This document shows, piece by piece, positions 57,917 through 64,000 of a DNA stretch of 64,000 bases. Under the pieces are notes generated by a model. The model saw only the letters and a list, made by a program, of their open reading frames with translations. It had not been told where the DNA came from and did not search any database. How positions within the stretch are numbered: position 1 is the stretch's first letter; every line of letters starts with the position of its first letter. Origin of the DNA: an uncultured Clostridia bacterium (GTDB taxonomy: Bacteria > Bacillota > Clostridia > Christensenellales > CAG-314). Where the stretch lies: the NCBI GenBank assembly GCA_947628135.1, contig CANQYT010000004.1, positions 28,566 to 92,565 on the forward strand, read 5' to 3'. The position numbers were made by a program, and so were the translations under genes.

Positions 57917-59521
57917 ATGAAAAAACTGTTGAAGTCTCTGTGCAAACTTTTAGGAAATTTTTGGGTCAGATTGTTGTTTCTTCTCGCCGTTATCGTAGGC
58001 ATATTCGCTTTGAGCGGTGCGTTCAACTCCGCGCAGGATATGGGCAAGCATATTCTCGAAGTGATAACAAGCGGCGACGTTTTGTCCGTTTTTCTGGTTG
58101 CGGCGGTGTCGCTGATAGTTGCCGACGTGGCTATCAGGGTGGGCAGAACGCTGGAAGAAACTCTCAAAATAGAGGACGACCACCACAAAATAGTGTGCAA
58201 GTACAGCAAGCACGAACGTCCCGTCATTGTAAACGGCGTCCCGGAAAAGGTCACGGACAACCTCTACAAGCCCAACGGCAGTTTTATGTATATTACGCAG
58301 GTGGCTGATACTTCCGCGCATATTCGCAATCCGGAAAAAAATCACACGGCGGAGTACCGCTTGCGCAATCAGGACATAAAGGCGTATCGCGGCGGCGTGC
58401 TGTATTTGCCCAGCGTCAACGTGTTCGCCAACGTTTGCGGCACGCAGGTAAAGTTTGACGACGTCAACGCGCGCGTCGAGCCGCCTCGTTTCGTAAGGGA
58501 AAATTCTCTCGCGCTGATGGAGGCGCACAAGGGCAGTTCCTACAAAAACAGCGTCACAATTCGTCTCAACGACGTTGACTACCGAAACGGCGTATTCACG
58601 TTGAAAACGGGGCGCAGTCAGTACTTCGATATGCTTATCACCAATCGCTGTATGGATTACAGACTGCACGATCTTACCACCGTCCGTCAGGTTTACGAAA
58701 GCGGCGACACCGTTCAGCCCTTGTCCAAAACCAAAATGGGCAATCAAATCGGTATCAACGGGTTGGTGTTCACCTGCGACGGATATTTGCTTGTGGAAAA
58801 ACGCGGTTACAGCAAAACCACTTGGAAGAATAAATTCGCTCAGCCCATTTCTCTTGCAATGAAGCGGGATAGCGTTCCTCTGCGCGAGGACGGCACGATA
58901 GACCCCGACGGCGCGCAAAGCGTATTCAAAAAGATAGTGATGGGGACGTTGAGCAACAACTTCGGTCTCACGGACAAAGAGGTGGAGTCGTTCGACGTCA
59001 CGAAAAACCTGTTCGGTCTGGCGCGCGACCTTTTGGAGGGCGGCAAGCCCAACTTGTATTTCTACGTCACGGTAAAAATGACCGCCAAGCAGTTTGACGA
59101 ATTTCTTCGGGAAAAATTCCGTTCCGCGTCCGAACGCGCGCAGCGTATGGACGAAATGAACCGCGAGCAGTACGAAAGCGCACTTGCCGAAGAAAAGCGC
59201 AATGGGGTTTGTTATCCCGAGATTTTCGGGCAAAAATTGGACAGCGATTACTATCTTATCAAGTACGACGATTTTCGCGTAAACTACAACTACGAACTCA
59301 GCGTAAAAGCGAGAAAGATACTTCGCATAAAACGCAAGTACTATCCGCGCGTAAGCAGAGCCGCTCAACACCGCGAGGGAGTCGATTTCAAGTTCCGCAA
59401 GGCATTCAACGCAAGTCTGAAACGCGAGTGCGGCGAAGCGCTGTTGGCGTGCCTGTACTATGCGGAGTTGTGCCGCGACCGTCTCAGCGCCGAACAAAAG
59501 AGAATAGCCGACAGTTTGTGA
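57917..59521 (+). CDS. hypothetical membrane-anchored protein (N-terminal 2-TM hairpin plus a roughly 440-aa soluble region)
   Basis: Long ORF with normal codon usage and two clear hydrophobic helices (residues about 15-35 and 55-75). I recognise no family signature. Confidence 0.8.
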   Translation: MKKLLKSLCKLLGNFWVRLLFLLAVIVGIFALSGAFNSAQDMGKHILEVITSGDVLSVFLVAAVSLIVADVAIRVGRTLEETLKIEDDHHKIVCKYSKHERPVIVNGVPEKVTDNLYKPNGSFMYITQVADTSAHIRNPEKNHTAEYRLRNQDIKAYRGGVLYLPSVNVFANVCGTQVKFDDVNARVEPPRFVRENSLALMEAHKGSSYKNSVTIRLNDVDYRNGVFTLKTGRSQYFDMLITNRCMDYRLHDLTTVRQVYESGDTVQPLSKTKMGNQIGINGLVFTCDGYLLVEKRGYSKTTWKNKFAQPISLAMKRDSVPLREDGTIDPDGAQSVFKKIVMGTLSNNFGLTDKEVESFDVTKNLFGLARDLLEGGKPNLYFYVTVKMTAKQFDEFLREKFRSASERAQRMDEMNREQYESALAEEKRNGVCYPEIFGQKLDSDYYLIKYDDFRVNYNYELSVKARKILRIKRKYYPRVSRAAQHREGVDFKFRKAFNASLKRECGEALLACLYYAELCRDRLSAEQKRIADSL

Positions 59522-59537
59522 TTTTCAAGGAGAAACA

Positions 59538-60494
59538 ATGTCAAAAATTCTTGCATACGGAGAAATAATGCTGCGCCTTTCCACGCAGTCCAACATCGCA
59601 GACAGCGACCGATTCGACGCTTGTTACGGCGGGACGGAAGCAAACGTTCTGGCGTGCCTTCACGCGTTGGGACATCAGGTAAAATACCTCAGCGCTTTGC
59701 CCGACACTCAATTGGGGCAAGCGGTACTCAACCATTTGCACGGTTACGGTGTGGAAACGACGGACGTTAAAGTCTGCGGCGACACGTTGGGTATTTACTT
59801 TGCGGAAAACGGCAACGCGTCGCGCGGGTCAAACGTGGAGTATCTGCGCCGTCATTCCGAGTTTACGCGCCTGTGTGCGGAGGACGTCGATTTCGATCGG
59901 CTGTTCGACGGCGTGGATATGTTCCACGTAAGCGGAATTTCTTTCGCGCTGTCCGACTGTTCGCGCGAGTTGGGTTTCCGCCTGCTTGACGAAGCGAGAA
60001 AACGCGGCGCGGCAATCAGTTTCGACTTTAACTATCGTTCCAAGTTGTGGAGCGTCGATGACGCGCGCAAACAGTTGGTAAAGGCGGCGGGCGCGGCGGA
60101 TATTTTGCTTGCAAGCACGTTGGATCTTGAAACGTTTTTGCGGCTTACGCCGCGCGAGGTGTTCGACAATTACCCCAATTGCCGCTATCTTGCGGTACGC
60201 GATCGCAAGGCGCTTACTTCCGACAAACATTCCGTTTCCGTCAGCCTCTACGCGAGAGACGGGCGAGCGTTTACCCTTGCGGAAACGCCGTTTGCCGTGT
60301 TGGAGAAAATAGGCGGCGGAGACGCTTTCAACGGCTGTCTGCTGCATAGTCTGTCGCAAGGTTGGGACATAAAGCGCGCGACTTTGTTTGCGAGCGCGGG
60401 ATTTATTTTGAAACATCAACAAAGGGGGGATACGTTTGCCGCAAACGCCGACGAGATCGCCGAGTTTGCCGCAACGCTCTATCAAACGAGATGA
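59538..60494 (+). CDS. kdgK: PfkB-family sugar kinase, 2-dehydro-3-deoxygluconokinase-like
   Basis: ILAYGEIMLRLS N-terminus and the C-terminal GGGDAFNG motif. An AAGGAG RBS precedes the start. Confidence 0.8.
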   Translation: MSKILAYGEIMLRLSTQSNIADSDRFDACYGGTEANVLACLHALGHQVKYLSALPDTQLGQAVLNHLHGYGVETTDVKVCGDTLGIYFAENGNASRGSNVEYLRRHSEFTRLCAEDVDFDRLFDGVDMFHVSGISFALSDCSRELGFRLLDEARKRGAAISFDFNYRSKLWSVDDARKQLVKAAGAADILLASTLDLETFLRLTPREVFDNYPNCRYLAVRDRKALTSDKHSVSVSLYARDGRAFTLAETPFAVLEKIGGGDAFNGCLLHSLSQGWDIKRATLFASAGFILKHQQRGDTFAANADEIAEFAATLYQTR

Positions 60495-61432
60495 CGAAAA
60501 CAAAGGTTTTGCTTAGTATAGACAAGATGGACGACGCCTATCGCGCGTTTTGCGACAAGGTGGGTGAGATAGCCTCGGTAGAGGTGGCAAACACGACCGA
60601 TTTCGACCTCGACGGTGTGGACATTTTTGTCGGGAAGCGACTTCCCGCAGACAAACTTACAAGAGCCGACCGTTTGAAAGCGGTGTTCACATACAAAACG
60701 GGAGTAGACGAAATCGCCCTCGACGAACTTTATCGCCGAGGAATTATCTTGTGTAATTCGCACGCAAATTCCGTGTATATTGCGCAGTACGCGTTTACTT
60801 TGGCGCTCGCGATCACCGCGCGCGTGGTGGAGTTCGACAAAAATCTTCGCAAAGGCGATTGGTCGGCGGAGCAAAGTTGGCGCAGTTTGTTCTCTATGAA
60901 GGTGGGACTTGTGGGTTACGGTTCTATCGGCAGAGAGATAGACAGGCTTTTGCGCGCCAACGGCATAGCTACCTGCACCCTCGATCGCGGACGCAACTAC
61001 GAAATCGAAACGGCAAGCACTCTCGCCGAACTGTGCGACAGGTGCGATCTGCTCATATTGTCGCTGCCCAAGACGGCGGAAACCAACGATATGTTCGACG
61101 CGGCGGTGTTTTCTCATTTGAAAGGCAAGTACATAGTAAACGTGGGCAGGGGCAACTGTATCGACGAGGAAGCGCTTTACCAATCGCTCAAAAATCACGA
61201 AGTTATGGGCGCGGCAATAGACACGTGGCGGCTCAAAAGCCGCGGGGAAGAAAAACTGTTCCCCTCAAAAAAGCACTTTGAGAAATTGTCCAACGTTTTG
61301 CTTTCTCCGCACAAGGCGATGCAGGTTGCAGACGGTCACGCAAAATACGTCGAGGACGTGGCGAACAACGTAACGGATTACATAAGCGGCAAGCCTCCGC
61401 GCAACGTCGTCGATCTCAAAAAGGGGTACTGA
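60491..61432 (+). CDS. D-isomer-specific 2-hydroxyacid dehydrogenase family protein
   Basis: NAD fold [13 protein letters not shown] and catalytic region [13 protein letters not shown] ... SPH. The ATG overlaps the kdgK stop. Confidence 0.88.
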   Translation: MTKTKVLLSIDKMDDAYRAFCDKVGEIASVEVANTTDFDLDGVDIFVGKRLPADKLTRADRLKAVFTYKTGVDEIALDELYRRGIILCNSHANSVYIAQYAFTLALAITARVVEFDKNLRKGDWSAEQSWRSLFSMKVGLVGYGSIGREIDRLLRANGIATCTLDRGRNYEIETASTLAELCDRCDLLILSLPKTAETNDMFDAAVFSHLKGKYIVNVGRGNCIDEEALYQSLKNHEVMGAAIDTWRLKSRGEEKLFPSKKHFEKLSNVLLSPHKAMQVADGHAKYVEDVANNVTDYISGKPPRNVVDLKKGY

Positions 61433-61548
61433 CGTAAATTTTACGATATTTGAAAGCGTTTGCGCGGCAAAACCAACCTGCTAACGGTTTTTCGCAAGTA
61501 AACGCTTGCGGCGCACGATAAATTTTTTTGAAATTCTGTCTCAAAAAG

Positions 61549-61577
61549 TTGACAGCGCGCGCAAAATATTGTAATAT
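61549..61577 (+). promoter_or_regulatory. sigma-A-type promoter for the tRNA array
   Basis: TTGACA at 61549-61554, 17-nt spacer, TAATAT at 61572-61577, 22 nt before tRNA-Pro. Confidence 0.5.
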
Positions 61578-61599
61578 GAATAGGCTGATGTGCACACAT

Positions 61600-61676
61600 C
61601 GGGGTGTAGCGCAGTTTGGTAGCGCATATGGTTTGGGACCATAGGGTCGCAGGTTCGAATCCTGTCGCCCCGACCA
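61600..61676 (+). tRNA. tRNA-Pro (anticodon TGG)
   Basis: Acceptor cggggtg/cgccccg, anticodon arm tatgg-tttggga-ccata, T arm ggttcgaatcc, encoded CCA. Confidence 0.93.
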
Positions 61677-61696
61677 AACGATTGCTCGCTTAGTAA

Positions 61697-61773
61697 GGGC
61701 CTTTAGCTCAGTTGGTTAGAGCGGTCGGCTCATAACCGATTGGTCCGGGGTTCAAGTCCCTGAAGGCCCACCA
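61697..61773 (+). tRNA. tRNA with CAT anticodon, probably tRNA-Ile2 (lysidine) rather than elongator Met
   Basis: gggcctttagctcagttggttagagc...ctcataa loop. The body resembles Bacillus tRNA-Ile2. It is not initiator-like (no GGG/CCC anticodon stem). CCA is encoded. Confidence 0.85.
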
Positions 61774-61791
61774 AATGCAAAACATCAATCT

Positions 61792-61868
61792 GGCCCGGTA
61801 GTACAGATGGTTAGTACGCCAGCCTGTCACGCTGGAGGTCGAGGGTTCGAGCCCCTTCCGGGTCGCCA
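61792..61868 (+). tRNA. tRNA-Asp (anticodon GTC)
   Basis: ggcccggtag... with anticodon arm ccagc-ctgtcac-gctgg, encoded CCA. Confidence 0.93.
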
Positions 61869-61875
61869 ATGTTTT

Positions 61876-61951
61876 GCTTCGGTAGCTCAGTAGGTAGAGC
61901 AGGGGACTGAAAATCCCCGTGTCGGTGGTTCGATTCCGCCCCGAAGCACCA
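61876..61951 (+). tRNA. tRNA-Phe (anticodon GAA)
   Basis: gcttcggtagctcag... with anticodon arm gggga-ctgaaaa-tcccc, encoded CCA. Confidence 0.93.
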
Positions 61952-61972
61952 CATTGTTGGCAACAAAATAGT

Positions 61973-62049
61973 GCTGGTGTAGCTCAATCAGGCAGAGCAA
62001 TTGATTTGTAATCAATAGGTTGATGGTTCGATTCCGTTCACCAGCTCCA
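61973..62049 (+). tRNA. tRNA-Thr (anticodon TGT)
   Basis: Acceptor gctggtg/caccagc, anticodon arm attga-tttgtaa-tcaat, encoded CCA. Confidence 0.9.
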
Positions 62050-62070
62050 TTTTTTTATAAGATACATTTT

Positions 62071-62155
<85 letters not shown>

Positions 62156-62292
62156 AAGCCTCTCGATTACGCAATGTTGTGGTTGGGGGACTTTTTTTGT
62201 GCTTTTTTGTCGTCAACTTGCTTTTTTTTATTGAAAAACGTATTTTAGGATAGTTTGCGGATATTTATTGTTGTCAATTTTGCCTTTCACTG

Positions 62293-62323
62293 TTGACAAA
62301 TCGCCATGGGGGGGGGGTATACT
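62293..62323 (+). promoter_or_regulatory. sigma-A-type promoter of lipoprotein paralog 2 with a poly-G spacer
   Basis: TTGACA at 62293-62298 and TATACT at 62318-62323. The 19-nt spacer ends in G10. A GGAG RBS and the ATG at 62355 lie downstream. Confidence 0.6.
62308..62317 (+). repeat. G10 homopolymer tract
   Basis: 10 consecutive G abutting the -10 box, counted directly. Confidence 0.95.
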
Positions 62324-62354
62324 TATTTTATATATAAACTAATGGAGCAACTGT

Positions 62355-64000
62355 ATGAAAAAAAAGATTTTTTTATTTGCATTGTTGGTATATATCTTTG
62401 TTGCCGCGTTTGCGCTTGTTGCCTGTACGCCTACAGATCCGCCCGTTACGCACACGCACTCTTTTGCGGAAAGTTGGCAATACAATTCTACCGAACATTG
62501 GCACGCCGCCACCTGCGGGCACTCCTCCGAGAGGGATTCCGTTGCTCCGCACGATATTAACAGCGACGGCAAATGCACCGTGTGCGACTACGAAACCGCA
62601 CCCGCGCCCGAAAAAATGACGTTTGAGCAACTTGTTGCGGATCACAAAGAAGAATTGAACGAATTTGTGACGGAGGCAATTGCGCCGTCCGTCCTCGCAA
62701 ACAAGGAGATTCTTTCCGAGAGCCGCTACGTTGCTTCCGCAGAGGACGGAAACTTGGGCACAGTGAGCCTCCTCTACATCTACAAAAACGATGAGACTGT
62801 CCGTACAATGGAACTTGCCGAAGTTACGCTTACAAGCACGGTCACAAACGTCGACATTGCAAACGGCACGTTTGCAACTCCCGCCGTGAGCGTGGAAAAG
62901 ACGGAAGTTTTTCAATTCGACGCGAAAGAAAACTTTGAAAAGCAGGACGTTGCGGAACTTCTGTACAAAGCGGCTAAGTGCGAAAGCGCAGAGGTGAAAT
63001 TGTTCCGCGAACTTGAAGCCGATTCCGTCAGGATTCGTTCCTTTGCTATCCTCGTACAGAGCGACGGCTTTGTTCGAATCAAAAACGTGAACGTCGAAGT
63101 GACCGACGACACGGACGAAGCGCTGAAAACCAATCTTGCAGACAGCAACAAATACGACGCGCACGTCGCCGTCTCGGAAGTGGCATTGAAGGGCACAAAT
63201 ATACTTGCGGGCGATTACCGACTTGAAGAATTCGATGTCACCCCCGACGACCCCGATATCCCGAGCGCCATTACCGACAAACAACTCATTGCCGCGCTTG
63301 AACAGTACTGCAAAGACGATTTTTTGGATAAATCTGCAACAAAAGAAGTTATCGAAATGATATATGGTTCTTTTGATAAAAACAAGATGTCAGATGAAAA
63401 TTGGTATATAAATGAAGATGAAGAGGGGAAAATCACAGCGATAGAATACTCATTTTTCTTCAAGGCAAATGCAACACACGGTAATTTTGTTATTTGTTAT
63501 ATGACGTTTAATACCCCTTGCTCGCAAGAAAATCTTGTAAAGGGAAATTTGCCTACGGCTACTTACAAGATGAACGAAGAGTATTCACTTAGTTACAACC
63601 CCTCAATTCAAACCGAGCGGAGTGCGCTTGCCAATGCGATATTGACCGCGTGCAAAGGCGCGCCCGCCGACAACAACTCGACTGTAATTTTGGTGGATAA
63701 CGGTAGCACCGTAGATGGTTCTTTGGGCGGTGACGGACACGTCTGTCAATTCAACGTCGTGGAAATAAGCGAAAGCGGTGCGACGGAATATAAAGTAAAA
63801 ATCAGAAGCGCAAAGAGCCTTGACCAAAAAGAGGCTGACGCTGAATATATGCAATACATTGCCGACGGATATTGGGCTCAAACCGCAACCCCACGTGAGT
63901 ACAAAATTACGGGGCGCAGGTTGGTGGCGGAAGAAAGTGATACAAAAATTGACAAGCAGATTTTGGACGCGCTTGAAAGCAATTATATGCAAGGAATAAT
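62355..64000 (+). CDS. lipoprotein paralog 2 (intact; 3' end beyond the window)
   Basis: This ORF is not in the supplied track because it has no stop in the window. I translated it by hand from ATG 62355 (GGAG RBS) and it is open to 64000. It has a signal peptide with lipobox (FALVAC), the same Cys/His motif, and is colinear with 30661-32235. Confidence 0.85.
   Translation, partial: MKKKIFLFALLVYIFVAAFALVACTPTDPPVTHTHSFAESWQYNSTEHWHAATCGHSSERDSVAPHDINSDGKCTVCDYETAPAPEKMTFEQLVADHKEELNEFVTEAIAPSVLANKEILSESRYVASAEDGNLGTVSLLYIYKNDETVRTMELAEVTLTSTVTNVDIANGTFATPAVSVEKTEVFQFDAKENFEKQDVAELLYKAAKCESAEVKLFRELEADSVRIRSFAILVQSDGFVRIKNVNVEVTDDTDEALKTNLADSNKYDAHVAVSEVALKGTNILAGDYRLEEFDVTPDDPDIPSAITDKQLIAALEQYCKDDFLDKSATKEVIEMIYGSFDKNKMSDENWYINEDEEGKITAIEYSFFFKANATHGNFVICYMTFNTPCSQENLVKGNLPTATYKMNEEYSLSYNPSIQTERSALANAILTACKGAPADNNSTVILVDNGSTVDGSLGGDGHVCQFNVVEISESGATEYKVKIRSAKSLDQKEADAEYMQYIADGYWAQTATPREYKITGRRLVAEESDTKIDKQILDALESNYMQGI

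Noticed and set aside
57292-58260. 322-aa minus-strand ORF extending spoIIAA upstream.
   Set aside because: Only the last 101 codons (from the ATG at 57597, with a GGAGGAG RBS) match the STAS-domain SpoIIAA. The upstream extension crosses the intergenic promoter region and the start of the + strand 534-aa gene.
61441-61677. 78-aa minus-strand ORF.
   Set aside because: It overlaps the tRNA promoter and tRNA-Pro and is an artefact of the tRNA sequence.

Overview
The window is a roughly 50% GC (by eye) core-genome segment from an endospore-forming Firmicute, probably Clostridia-like. The sporulation genes spoIVA and spoIIAA-spoIIAB-sigF support that assignment. Almost every gene is on the + strand, and many are translationally coupled through ATGA/TAATG overlaps. 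Recognisable blocks, in order, are:
- pta(partial)-ackA
- DUF177-rpmF
- rnc-smc-ftsY
- ylxM-ffh-rpsP-KH-rimM-trmD-rbgA-rnhB-yraN
- rplS
- comM-dprA-topA-trmFO-hslV-hslU-aspS
- rseC-like and trxA
- a HAD hydrolase (-)
- Rrf2-nifS-nifU
- ruvX-DUF1292
- rpsB-tsf-pyrH-frr-uppS-cdsA-dxr-rseP-ispG
- rimP-nusA-ylxR-ylxQ-infB-rbfA-nrnA-truB-ribF
- an endonuclease-IV-like TIM barrel protein, pepP-like, efp
- spoIVA, then sigF-spoIIAB-spoIIAA (-)
- kdgK-like kinase and a 2-hydroxyacid dehydrogenase
- a six-tRNA array (Pro, Ile2/Met-CAT, Asp, Phe, Thr, Tyr)

The non-housekeeping content is small.
1. Two paralogous lipoprotein genes lie about 31.7 kb apart. Each promoter has a long poly-G run filling the -35/-10 spacer, which makes it a candidate phase-variation switch. 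Copy 1 is also broken by a single in-frame TAA.
2. Two more long poly-G tracts sit in large non-coding gaps.
3. Two unrelated long-unit tandem repeat arrays (about 230 bp and about 265 bp units) have no conserved ORF.
4. A short promoter-like dispersed repeat occurs three times.
5. A 545-aa PolC-derived protein sits at the syntenic polC position. It has the N-terminal domain, the OB fold and an exonuclease-like domain with substituted catalytic residues, but no PHP or polymerase part.
6. A 534-aa orphan protein with an N-terminal 2-TM hairpin is divergent from the spoIIA operon.

I saw no CRISPR array, transposase, integrase or recognisable defence system. All calls rest on reading the sequence and ORF translations against remembered family signatures. 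No database search was possible.
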